The notes: generated by a model from the letters alone, not told the origin. DNA of 64,000 nt from a virus (IMGVR_UViG_3300042484_003148:67284-131283), one strand, 5' to 3'; numbered from the stretch's first letter, positions 50,598 to 60,414 are shown. Made by a program: numbers and translations.

Positions 50598-50867
50598 ATG
50601 GATAAATATACTATCACTAACCTAAGTATGCAATTAGCCATAAATACTATTATAATAATATTATATTTAATATGTGTGATTGTTTGGTTTCATTTTAACA
50701 AAACAAAAGAATACTTGTATAAAGAATCATTATACGAATTTACATGTGAAAAACCTTTACCAATAACAGTTGTTATATTGTTTTTCACTGTAAATTGTGT
50801 TTATTCAATTTTTTGGTTAACAAAACTTTATGTTTATTTATTAAATAATATTTTTTATGTTGAATAA
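50598..50867 (+). CDS. small membrane protein
   Basis: Two hydrophobic helices; host-type promoter. Confidence 0.55.
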   Translation: MDKYTITNLSMQLAINTIIIILYLICVIVWFHFNKTKEYLYKESLYEFTCEKPLPITVVILFFTVNCVYSIFWLTKLYVYLLNNIFYVE

Positions 50868-51060
50868 ATTTATCTTAATATTTTACAAAAAAATATAAAA
50901 TAATTCTACTATGTTTATTCTTAGGATTAATTTTTATACCGTTATATTTTACAGTACAAGAGATATATAACGGTTATCAAGGGTTTTTTGTATGTTTTTT
51001 CAGTTATTTAATTGTATCTATATTACTACAATTAAAATATTCAGATAAATTTTGAAAACA

Positions 51061-51091
51061 AAAACCTCTCCTAATATTTAAGAGAGGTTTT
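51061..51091 (-). repeat. dispersed hairpin/terminator family AAAACCTCTCTTA-N5-8-TAGGAGAGGTTTT (representative; identical copy at 61793-61823)
   Basis: Members at 5845, 15375, 17755, 45279, 48469, 51061, 59866, 61793 and 63101. Confidence 0.8.
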
Positions 51092-51098
51092 TTCATTC

Positions 51099-51998
51099 TT
51101 AAGGTTGCATTTTAAAATTCCTCATTAAAGGACCTGCACTATTAATACCGTTCCAATCCGAATCCCTTGATTTAGTATTTAAATCAATAAATTTATTAGC
51201 AAAGTAATAACAAAAATGACCTTCAGTTGGTTTATTACCTGCAATTTTTAAAAACTCATTCATGTTAGTATTATTAATTTTCTTAAATTGAACAGGAAAT
51301 TGTACATTTGTTTCAAAACAAAAAGCTGATGCATAAACAAATAAAGGTCCTTCATCTTGATTTACATATAATTTAGGTTTAACAACCTTCAAGAATACAT
51401 CAAAAGCTGGGTCAAAGTAATATTTAATTACTACACCTAGATATATTTTTTTACTTCTATCAGTACTTAATAAATCATATATTTTTTGCAACAAAGGTTT
51501 ATCTATTCTAGCTTTTTTAGAATTTACATCAGTATAAAGATTACCTGGATATGGTGAACCGTTTTTAAATTTTTCTTTAACTTCCAAATAAATATCATTA
51601 TCTAGTAATTTTAAAAACTCCATTAATGGATTCCCTTCCGTTGGATTAGCTAATTGAATGATACCGACTGACAAACCACCATTATCGTAAGTATTTATAG
51701 AATTAAAATTACCTTCATGCTCTGCAACAATACCCAAAGCATATAAAAAATATGTAGTGTATTCGGAACACAAAATTTGTACATCATTTGGTTTCCATGA
51801 CGGGTTTTTAGCTAACGTATTTTTATATCCATATTTTGAATTTTCATTAAAAGCATCAATAACTATTTGATTAATTGGGTTATTTTTTGCCTTAGATAAA
51901 CTATCTTTGGAAAAATTTGTTGGTTTTGGACCTGTACCTGATATCTTATATCCTGGTGCTGTAAAATTATCTATTGTATTAACGGAAAAAATTGACAT
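51099..51998 (-). CDS. putative lysozyme-like peptidoglycan hydrolase
   Basis: AEHEGNFNSINTYDNGGLSVGIIQL resembles the E..GxxQ lysozyme-like core; ATG 51998. Confidence 0.55.
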   Translation of the reverse strand: MSIFSVNTIDNFTAPGYKISGTGPKPTNFSKDSLSKAKNNPINQIVIDAFNENSKYGYKNTLAKNPSWKPNDVQILCSEYTTYFLYALGIVAEHEGNFNSINTYDNGGLSVGIIQLANPTEGNPLMEFLKLLDNDIYLEVKEKFKNGSPYPGNLYTDVNSKKARIDKPLLQKIYDLLSTDRSKKIYLGVVIKYYFDPAFDVFLKVVKPKLYVNQDEGPLFVYASAFCFETNVQFPVQFKKINNTNMNEFLKIAGNKPTEGHFCYYFANKFIDLNTKSRDSDWNGINSAGPLMRNFKMQP

Positions 51999-52074
51999 AA
52001 TTTTGTAACCTTTATTTGTAAATAACGTTATAATCATTAAATTTGTAAAAATGTTAACTTAAATTGTAAATTAA

Positions 52075-53460
52075 ATGAAAAAATTACTAACAACGCTATT
52101 AATATTATCTTATTTAACTGTTTCTGCGCAGATTAAAAAAGTTTATTACAATACTCACTCGGACACTACTATATTTAATGGTAAAATATATAGGGAAGAT
52201 GTTTTTAATCCAAACAAAACTGTAACTATTAATAACATAAATTATAACTACAGTTTTTTACATTTATATAAAGATACCAAAGGTGCATTAAGAAGTTATG
52301 GTGATTTTGAAGCTAATCGTTGCGAATCAACTGACACAACTTTGTTTTATTATATTAGCAAAAACAGTTTATACAAAGTAAATGACAAGAAAATACAGAA
52401 GTTAAAATTCAATGATGACAACCCACAATTAATTGATGAAATTTGCTTTCTAAGAAAGAATTTTGGTATAGCAAGGTCAAACTACCGACTATATGTTTAC
52501 GATGGTTCTGATACGCTTAAATTCAAATCTAAACTACTAAACTACGCTTTGCCATATAAAGGTGAAGAAAATAAATTTGTTTATTATGATAGTATTTTAG
52601 GTTTATTTAATGAAAACTTAACACAAGTTATTAATAGAGAAAAATATACAGAAACAGGTTATTATGTACCAAGAGAATCTGTACAAGATTTTCTTAACTA
52701 TATAAAATGTAACAACATTAATAATTCGTGTTTAGATACTAAATATGTAAGATATGATTACCCAACATTTAACCAAGAATATACATTTTATTACGACAAA
52801 CGTGAGTTATACCACTATACTAGCAATTTACTAGAACAATATTTAGATAATCGTTCAGATGAATATTTAAAAGAAATAAGTAAAACACCAGATAGTTTAG
52901 TTATTGATAATATTATTATGACTGATTTGTTATTAAAAGTTGCTTTACAATCAAAAATAAATTTAGATGTTAAATTATTAACGTATTCAATGTTTTTATT
53001 AAATGATAGTTTAATGATAACAGGTTATAGCCATAATAATGAATATCAATTAGGTTTGTATAACTTAAAAAATAATTCATTCATTAAATTCACACCACCT
53101 ACTTGCAAGTTTATTACCAAATATTATGATGAGGATGGTTTTAGAAATATTAAAACCGAAACAGTTCCATTAACACCACATTTAATTTCATATCATTACA
53201 ATGAGAATGAAAATAGTGTTTTATGCAGCGGTAATGATGGTTATATATTTAATATTGACTTAAACACATTTAAAATAAATAACATAACTGATTATGTTAT
53301 TAAAGAAAATATTCACACATCTAAAAATGATAAATTTAAAGAAGTTGAAATGGTCTACTTAAAGGAAATAAAAGATGGAGTTTATACTGAGATACCTTGG
53401 TTAAACTATATTAAGAAAAACTTCTTAGTTCAAAAATTTTACAATAATGATAATAGATAA
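52075..53460 (+). CDS. secreted protein with Sec signal peptide
   Basis: MKKLLTTLLILSYLTVSA-Q signal peptide with Gln at +1. Confidence 0.7.
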   Translation: MKKLLTTLLILSYLTVSAQIKKVYYNTHSDTTIFNGKIYREDVFNPNKTVTINNINYNYSFLHLYKDTKGALRSYGDFEANRCESTDTTLFYYISKNSLYKVNDKKIQKLKFNDDNPQLIDEICFLRKNFGIARSNYRLYVYDGSDTLKFKSKLLNYALPYKGEENKFVYYDSILGLFNENLTQVINREKYTETGYYVPRESVQDFLNYIKCNNINNSCLDTKYVRYDYPTFNQEYTFYYDKRELYHYTSNLLEQYLDNRSDEYLKEISKTPDSLVIDNIIMTDLLLKVALQSKINLDVKLLTYSMFLLNDSLMITGYSHNNEYQLGLYNLKNNSFIKFTPPTCKFITKYYDEDGFRNIKTETVPLTPHLISYHYNENENSVLCSGNDGYIFNIDLNTFKINNITDYVIKENIHTSKNDKFKEVEMVYLKEIKDGVYTEIPWLNYIKKNFLVQKFYNNDNR

Positions 53461-53536
53461 CTAACAGAATATTTGCTAAAGTGGGTTTTTATCCTTACCT
53501 TTGTTTTCAATCTAAAATTCTACTAAAACCAAAATT

Positions 53537-53866
53537 ATGAACCTTATTCAATCTTTAATAACCCACCTTCGCAAATATTATATGTTGTGTGTTAGTTTAA
53601 TAAGACCGCAACAACACGACACAGACTTGCAAGAGAATGAAAAAAATGGTAAGTTTGAGAAAAATAATAAGACTATGACAGATGTTGAAGTAAATAATAA
53701 AAGGTATCTTTCATCAAGTAAGATATCTGAAACCGAAATTAACTCTATTAAAAATAGAGCGCAAGAATCATACCAAGCACACCATAACAAGGTAAATCAA
53801 TTTACCAAAATGACACCTGACGAAAGATTAAAAATGGTTTTAAATAATCGCAATGTTTCAAAATGA
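53537..53866 (+). CDS. hypothetical protein
   Basis: 109 aa; promoter at 53472-53503. Confidence 0.5.
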   Translation: MNLIQSLITHLRKYYMLCVSLIRPQQHDTDLQENEKNGKFEKNNKTMTDVEVNNKRYLSSSKISETEINSIKNRAQESYQAHHNKVNQFTKMTPDERLKMVLNNRNVSK

Positions 53867-54260
53867 ATATATTATAGAATACAATATTAATAACTACGGT
53901 ATTGGTGTAATCACTTATGATATCAGTTACATTAATCCATTATGGAAAATAATAATTTTTAAATTTAACTATTTAACGTACTATAATAATTCTATGTTAT
54001 TAGAGAGTTACTTTACTTTAGAAGATGTAAACAAAAATGACAATTTTAGTATGTACAGCAAAAACGATAAAATTATATTATGGAAAATTATTTTTAGTAT
54101 TAAAAACTATTATTTTAACAAACACAAACCAGATATTGTTGAACACTTTATTGATGGTAATTTTTCAAAAAGATTAAAATTATATAAATGTTATTTAAAT
54201 CCGACACATTATTATTACCAAGACGAACAACATTTAAATATATTTTATTTAAAACTTTAA
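53853..54260 (+). CDS. hypothetical protein immediately upstream of the attC-like site
   Basis: 135 aa; stop is 10 nt before the ACACAAC box. Confidence 0.5.
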   Translation: MFQNEYIIEYNINNYGIGVITYDISYINPLWKIIIFKFNYLTYYNNSMLLESYFTLEDVNKNDNFSMYSKNDKIILWKIIFSIKNYYFNKHKPDIVEHFIDGNFSKRLKLYKCYLNPTHYYYQDEQHLNIFYLKL

Positions 54261-54270
54261 CAAAACCAAC

Positions 54271-54400
54271 ACACAACATGGGTTTGGTAAAAGCAGGGCT
54301 GACGTGAATAACCAAGTTTCAACTTCTATCAAACTTAAGTTGTTAAACCCAACAGATGTAATTCTAAACCCTGCCTTCACCAAGCCCTTTGACGTTAGTT
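54271..54400 (+). other. integron attC-like recombination site (solitary)
   Basis: 130-nt imperfect inverted repeat bounded by ACACAAC (RYYYAAC-like) and GTTAGTT (GTTRRRY-like); stems GGGTTTGGT/ACCAAGCCC and GCAGGG/CCCTGC; GC-rich against the background. Confidence 0.65.
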
Positions 54401-54424
54401 ATCATTATACAAACATATAATAAC

Positions 54425-54649
54425 ATGAATTTCTTAGACGATTATAAAAAACTAGAGAATGAGTTATTAGCTTCAGAGCAAGAAAATAACCGAAAAAAGA
54501 ACTATTTATTAAGAGAACTTAAAGCAACACCTATAGAAGAAATTATTGGGATACCTCAAGATTTAGTCAATAATATTGAAAACCCAGATAAACTAGAAAC
54601 TAAAGAACCGACTAAGCTATTTGGTTGGTTAAAGAAAATATTTAGATGA
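54425..54649 (+). CDS. small coiled-coil phage protein
   Basis: ATG 54425; ends LFGWLKKIFR; ATGA-coupled to the exonuclease. Confidence 0.6.
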   Translation: MNFLDDYKKLENELLASEQENNRKKNYLLRELKATPIEEIIGIPQDLVNNIENPDKLETKEPTKLFGWLKKIFR

Positions 54650-55602
54650 ACATTTCAACACAAGACAGAACTATTGATTTAACAAGAATTGGTGGTATAA
54701 AATTTGAAGAACATAATCATAGATACACAAATAAAGAAGGTGTAAGATATAATGGTGTTACTACTTTATTAAAAAATTATGAACATCATTTTGATACAGA
54801 AATTGGTGCTATCAATTCAGCTATAAAATATGTAATTATTGAAGAATTCGGAGAAGAAAAATTCAATACTTTAAAACACCAATGTAAAAATGAACAATTA
54901 AATAAATTAAAAGGTTTAATTAGCAAAGAAGATGAAAAACATGTTTTCGGACATAATTTTTTACATGAAAAATTACATTCAATTACCAATAAATATCCTT
55001 TATTAAAGGATAAAGTTGAAGAAAACAGAGTTAGGTTTTTAAAAGAATGGAAAGAAGCTAGTGATGAAGCAATAAAAATAGGCTCAGGTGAACACGACCT
55101 TAGAGAACAAAATATTAAAAAATATGGTTATTGGTTTGAAGGTGTACATTACAAATATATTGAAGGTAAAAACATATTAAACGTAACAACTGATGACGTA
55201 ATTATTATACCGGAGTGTTTAGTTTGGAATCATAATGTAAAACTTGGTGGTCTTGCTGATATATTTCTTTTTAACAAAGGTTATATATTCGTACACGATT
55301 TTAAAACGAACCAATCAATTGACATGGAATCGTTCTTAGGAAAAAAGATGAAAGGTTGTTGTTCTAGATTAATGGATTCATCGTATTATCACTATTCATT
55401 ACAATTAAGAATATACCAAAAAATGGCTCTTGACTTAAGAAAAGAATTCAAACAAGGTGAAAATTACATAATACACACAACATCAGAAAAATATAACAGA
55501 ACCGAAGATAGTTATATTAAATGTTTTGAGGTTGAGAATGAAGTGGAGAATATTTTTAAAGATTTATATGAACGTGATTTTAGTAAAAATAATACATTTT
55601 AA
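54646..55602 (+). CDS. PD-(D/E)XK exonuclease (Cas4/RecB-like phage exonuclease), intact
   Basis: FEEHNHRY, GVTTLL, GGLADIF, HDFKTN, HYSLQLRIY. Confidence 0.85.
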   Translation: MNISTQDRTIDLTRIGGIKFEEHNHRYTNKEGVRYNGVTTLLKNYEHHFDTEIGAINSAIKYVIIEEFGEEKFNTLKHQCKNEQLNKLKGLISKEDEKHVFGHNFLHEKLHSITNKYPLLKDKVEENRVRFLKEWKEASDEAIKIGSGEHDLREQNIKKYGYWFEGVHYKYIEGKNILNVTTDDVIIIPECLVWNHNVKLGGLADIFLFNKGYIFVHDFKTNQSIDMESFLGKKMKGCCSRLMDSSYYHYSLQLRIYQKMALDLRKEFKQGENYIIHTTSEKYNRTEDSYIKCFEVENEVENIFKDLYERDFSKNNTF

Positions 55603-55644
55603 TTGTAAACTTTAACTATTTATAATAAATAACTAAATCTTTTA

Positions 55645-57372
55645 ATGCTTTCTCTTAATTTACCTATTATACATAACAGTGATACTAATTTTGTCGAAGA
55701 CAAAATGAATCAACACGCTTATGCTTTTAGGTATATGTTTAGAACATTAGATGAATCCGGTAATCGTCAATACGATGATAATATTAAAAATAAATTTAAA
55801 TTAAATGATACTGAATATAGTTCACTTGAAACGGTAGTAAAAACTTTCTTTAAACAGTGTGAAACAAACAATAAAAAGACACAAAAACGTATTAATAATA
55901 AGTTAGATGAAATTGAAGAACTTAAAACCAAACAACAAGACCCTAAAAAGTTTCTAACTAAAAAAGAAAAACGTTCACTTCATAAATTACAAGAACAAGT
56001 TGTTTATTTAAAAGGTGTTCTTAAAAACAAACCTGTTTTTGGTGGTAGAAAGAACCTACAACATTTAACACATTTACATAATCAGTACAATACTTTAGTT
56101 AATAATCTATCTGTTACAACTGATGAAACTGAAATAATATTACTTGAAAATGAATTAGTCGAACAGTTTGATAAAATTGAAAAACAAAAGAACAAATATG
56201 TTACACAGAGATTAAGGTCTTTTTATTTGTTGGGCGAAGCCAATCAAAAAGGTAACAGGTTCTTTGACTTTATAAAACTAAATGAAGGTTTGTTGGTTTA
56301 CAAACCCAAACAAGGTACTAAAGTCAACTTAACTGTTAAGGTTTGCAAGAATGAACTTAAACTTGTTAACAAGTTGATTGAGTTATCTCAAACTAAAAAC
56401 ATTAGTTTGTCTGTTTATTTATCAAACAAAAGTGTTTCAATTGCTTACGATGATGATATTGTTAACGGTTGGACACTTGATGAAACTGAAAAGAAACAAA
56501 AGATTAAAGAAATAAAAGAAACGTATGTTGATAAAGAGTTACAAACAACACTTATAAAAGCTGTTTACAGTGAACACCATAGAAAAGTTGAGCAATTAAA
56601 ACTAGAAGGTAAAATTGAAGGACGTTGCGTAGCAATTGATATGAATCCATCTTATATTGGAGTTGCTATCTTAGAACGTGATTATGAGAATGAAGATACA
56701 GAAACAGGTAAACATGCTGTAAAAGTAATACATAAGTTCTGTTATTCTTTAAAGTATTTTATACAAAAGCTTCCTAAGGAAGCAACAGAAGAGGAAAGAG
56801 AATACTTACGTAACAAACAGAAACATGAGATTAAAGAATTAAATCATCATTTGTTTAATGTAGCTAATCATTATAAATGTTCAAGTTTTGTAATGGAAGA
56901 CTTAAATTTTAATGAGTCAAAAGAAACATTAAAGAAAGGTAAAGAAGCAAACAGACAAACCAAAAATGTATGGTACAGAGGTCTGTTTACACAGATGATA
57001 ATGAAGTTAACTTCAAAATATGGTATCAAACTTATAGAAGTTGAACCAAGTTATTCTTCATTTATTGGAAATATAATGTACAAGAACTTTGACCCTATCA
57101 ATTCAGCTATTGAGATAGGAAGAAGAGGATTGTATAAGTTTATAAAAAATTGTGCAGGTTTACCACAGATTACCGAAGGTATCTTGAACACCGTGGCTGA
57201 AATTCTTTTAAAGAATGGAGAGGATGTTTCAAAGATGAACAAAATGAGTAAAGTGACGTGGAAAAACTTGTTTAACCTCTTGAAAAAATACAGATGGAGA
57301 GGTTCATCGGACTTGGTAACAAGTCGATGCAGGATGAGTACTAAAAAGAGTAGAGTTAAGATATTAAGCTGA
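55645..57372 (+). mobile_element. tnpB: TnpB-like (IS200/IS605/IS607 OrfB) RuvC nuclease without transposase
   Basis: RuvC-I AIDMNP, RuvC-II VMEDL, VEPSYSSFIGN..FD..NSAIEIGRRG; PVFGGRK and GEANQKGNRFF; no Zn finger; no tnpA in the window. Confidence 0.8.
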
Positions 57373-57410
57373 AGAGTTTAATAAAATTCTATTGTTTTTA
57401 TTACTATATC
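57274..57410 (+). ncRNA. candidate omegaRNA scaffold overlapping the tnpB 3' end
   Basis: Stems AACCTCT/AGAGGTT (57274-57304) and CATCG-G-ACTTG-GTAA-CAAGTCGATG (57305-57329); position typical of omegaRNAs. Confidence 0.45.
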
Positions 57411-57906
57411 TATCTGATGACAATCAAATTTTTATAGGTGATAACATGATTAAAGCTGGACATGAATTTATTGAATTAATGCACAGTCGCGGTGCCGTAC
57501 TTTTAGATACGGAAATGGTTTTGGGTTGTCCACATTTAGGTTATACAGGACAACCAGATAAGGTTTGGTTATTTAATAAAAACGGTGAATTGGGTATCAT
57601 TATCAGCGATTACAAAAGTAATAAACCAAAAAACTTTGAATCACATTGGTACACTATTCCTATGTTAAAACCTTTTGAACAATACGATGACACAGCATTA
57701 AGTCATTACTATTTACAATTACCTTTTTATGTAAGATTGTTATTACAAATGTTAAAAGGTCAAAGTATGAAAATATATCTTTCTTCGGTGGTATCGTCCT
57801 TTTACTTAAAGAAGATGCAACATACAAGGAATATAGAATTCCAAAAGATATTATAACCAAAGTATTTAGTTTAGATATTAAAAATATTCTACAAAACAAC
57901 ATTTAA
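57392..57906 (+). pseudogene. 3' half of a second PD-(D/E)XK exonuclease, with a frameshift
   Basis: GAVLLDTEMVLG, GQPDK, SDYKSN, HYYLQLPFY; no N-terminal half; a 1-nt deletion near 57760 hides the tail SKYENISFFGGIVLLLKEDATYKEYRIPK... Confidence 0.75.
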
Positions 57907-57958
57907 GTTTTAAACTATTTATAAAAAACTTAATAAAGAATTTTAACTTTAAATTATA

Positions 57959-58138
57959 ATGAATAATGACAAATTAAAAGCGTTTTTAAACAATGGTTCA
58001 AAAAACGCACCAATTATTTCACCTGATAATAAATTTGATAACGAGGAAATTATCGAATCAAGACAAGGTTTAATTGAAAGAGTTGACAGAACTCTAAAAA
58101 CTAAAGACGGACGTATTCTTTTAATGGAACAAAGATAA
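57959..58138 (+). CDS. small late protein (59 aa)
   Basis: MNNDKLKAFL...GLIERVDRTLKTKDGRILLMEQR*; late motif at 57914. Confidence 0.55.
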   Translation: MNNDKLKAFLNNGSKNAPIISPDNKFDNEEIIESRQGLIERVDRTLKTKDGRILLMEQR

Positions 58139-58142
58139 TAAA

Positions 58143-59027
58143 ATGGCTAAGATTAGAGAAATATTAATCGAAAACAAAATAACTGAAACTAATTATAGAG
58201 TACAGGTAGGTAAAAAATTTCTTGCATTAAATTCAAAAGAAGAATTAGATAATGTAATGAATGAATCTTTAAATACTGAAAATACTCTAACAGTTAAAAG
58301 TTATAACGTTGATGGTTTTGTTAAAGAAACAAAATACATTAATGAAAATAAGTCATGGGTTGAATTTAAACCAACATTAAATGAAAGTTATGTTGAAAAA
58401 TTCAAAAGATTAGTTGAATATGAAATAAAACCACATGTTTCTTCTTCAACAATTATTGACGAGGATGATGAAGATGTTGTTGAAATACCAGATTCAAAAC
58501 CTGCTATTGAACCATTTGAGGACACTGAAGCTATTAATCAAATCCAAAATACTGAAGCACCTGTTGATATAGTTACAGAATTAACACCTGAACAAAAAGC
58601 CAAAGAATTAGAAGATTTAGCAAAAGTTGATGATATTACACGTATCAAAGAAATTCAGGACCAACAAACACTCGAATTAAACAACATGCTACAAACTGTT
58701 GATTTAATCAAAACTGAAATGTTAAATTTAACCAACAGAACAGCCGACATTCCAGCAATGAAAGCTAATATTGATATTGTTAATAAAAAAGTTAGAGAAT
58801 TAACACCTTTAACAACTGAAGAACAATTAACAAAAAATGCTATCATGTCAGGTGGTATGAAAATTGAAGATGTTTGGAATAAATACATTTTAAACAATGA
58901 AGTTCAAAGAGCTGTATTTGATAGTGTTGACGAACAAAAACCTGAACTTGAAAAATATAGTGAAGATGTTCGTAACATTAAAAAATACAACGATAATGAT
59001 GTTAAAAAATCATTTGGTTTAAACTAA
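58143..59027 (+). CDS. acidic coiled-coil late protein (possible head scaffold/core)
   Basis: E/D-rich; in the late operon. Confidence 0.4.
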   Translation: MAKIREILIENKITETNYRVQVGKKFLALNSKEELDNVMNESLNTENTLTVKSYNVDGFVKETKYINENKSWVEFKPTLNESYVEKFKRLVEYEIKPHVSSSTIIDEDDEDVVEIPDSKPAIEPFEDTEAINQIQNTEAPVDIVTELTPEQKAKELEDLAKVDDITRIKEIQDQQTLELNNMLQTVDLIKTEMLNLTNRTADIPAMKANIDIVNKKVRELTPLTTEEQLTKNAIMSGGMKIEDVWNKYILNNEVQRAVFDSVDEQKPELEKYSEDVRNIKKYNDNDVKKSFGLN

Positions 59028-59052
59028 TAAAATAAAACTCTTTTAAATTAAA

Positions 59053-59841
59053 ATGGAAAATAAAAAACTTATTTTAGAACAAAAAATTACCAAACTAGCT
59101 GTTGAACAGTTAATGGAAAAATACAATGCTGGTCAAATTGATGAAGCTGGATTAGCATCAGCTATTGGTGGTTTAAAAAATTTGGCAGGTAAAGTTGCAA
59201 ATAAATTTGTTGACAAAGCTAAAGAAGTTAAACAAGGTTTATCGGATGTTGGAACTGAAATTAAAGATACAGCAAAATATATTGGTAATGATATTAAAAC
59301 ATCAGCGCAAAATGCCACTAAAGGTGTTGCTGACTCAGTAGGTAATATTAAACAAAATATAGGTAACAATATTGATAAAGCTAAAACAGCTTACAAACAA
59401 GGAGCCTTACCAGTTCAAAGAAAACAAACTGAACAAGCTTTTGAAACATTTGCTAAAGCACTTAATACTTATAACCAAGAAGCAAGAAAATATAGTGCTG
59501 AACCACTTTCTATTCAAGGTATGTTAAATATATACCGTAGAACTTATCCTAATTTGTTTAAAGAAAGCGAAGAACCTATTTGCAAGACTGAAGTTATAAA
59601 AGAATCAGAAGACAAAGAATCTAAAGACGAAAAATGGATTCAAAATGCTGACATTAAAAAAGGTAAACTTAAAAAAAGATTAGGTTTAGCTGATGATGAA
59701 AAACTTACAATTAGTAGAGTTAATTCAGAATTAAAACATCTTAAAGCTAAATATAAAGAAGGTGAAAAAATGAGTAAAGAAGATTTAACTTTTGAAAAAG
59801 AATTAAATTTAGCTAAAACTTTATTGAGTTCTAAAAAATAA
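59053..59841 (+). CDS. probable internal head protein with amphipathic repeats
   Basis: 11-mer-like amphipathic repeats; C-terminal KWIQNADIKKG motif. Confidence 0.4.
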   Translation: MENKKLILEQKITKLAVEQLMEKYNAGQIDEAGLASAIGGLKNLAGKVANKFVDKAKEVKQGLSDVGTEIKDTAKYIGNDIKTSAQNATKGVADSVGNIKQNIGNNIDKAKTAYKQGALPVQRKQTEQAFETFAKALNTYNQEARKYSAEPLSIQGMLNIYRRTYPNLFKESEEPICKTEVIKESEDKESKDEKWIQNADIKKGKLKKRLGLADDEKLTISRVNSELKHLKAKYKEGEKMSKEDLTFEKELNLAKTLLSSKK

Positions 59842-59963
59842 TATTCTAACATTTACAGTAAATAAAAAACCTCTTCCTATTAATTTAAGAAGAGGTTTTA
59901 TTTTTTGTTCACTTTATTTTTATGTTCACAAAAAGATGAACAATCTTATTTTAATGAACAGTA

Positions 59964-60410
59964 TTAAACAGGATTTTCATCATTACCACCTGTATTGTTG
60001 ACAATACTTGACCATCTACCTTTCCACTCAGCAAAGAATTCTAACACTTTAGAGAAAACAAAAACTAAATCAGTTGTTAAACCCAAAGCAGTTTGTCCAT
60101 TTGCCAAAGCTATACTTGGTGAAGGTTCATTTAAATTAAAAATACAAACGTATTCTAAATTATTCAATACAATAGAACATTTAAATACTACATTCAAACC
60201 ATCCATTGTGTGACTTTTTCCTGGATAAACTTTAACAATAGCCTTACCTTCAAGTTTATCTTCTAAAGCATCAACGTCTCCCTTAGCATCATCAGCAAAT
60301 CTAGCTGGTAATTCAGCTTCATGTAAATTATACCTTTGTTTATTTTCATTGATATAACGTCTAATTTTAGACATTGTGTTATGTATGTCATCTGATTCTG
60401 AGTACCTCAT
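59964..60410 (-). CDS. hypothetical protein
   Basis: 148-aa ORF. Confidence 0.5.
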   Translation of the reverse strand: MRYSESDDIHNTMSKIRRYINENKQRYNLHEAELPARFADDAKGDVDALEDKLEGKAIVKVYPGKSHTMDGLNVVFKCSIVLNNLEYVCIFNLNEPSPSIALANGQTALGLTTDLVFVFSKVLEFFAEWKGRWSSIVNNTGGNDENPV

Positions 60411-60414
60411 AATA

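Noticed and set aside
55603-55645. IStron (group I intron + TnpB) restoring the exonuclease by splicing
   Set aside because: Only 42 nt separate the upstream stop from tnpB, no group I core is visible, and the upstream exonuclease already has a complete catalytic C-terminus.
57413-57421. CTGATGA hammerhead ribozyme core
   Set aside because: No flanking stems or GAAA partner; the sequence encodes S-D-D of the exonuclease remnant.
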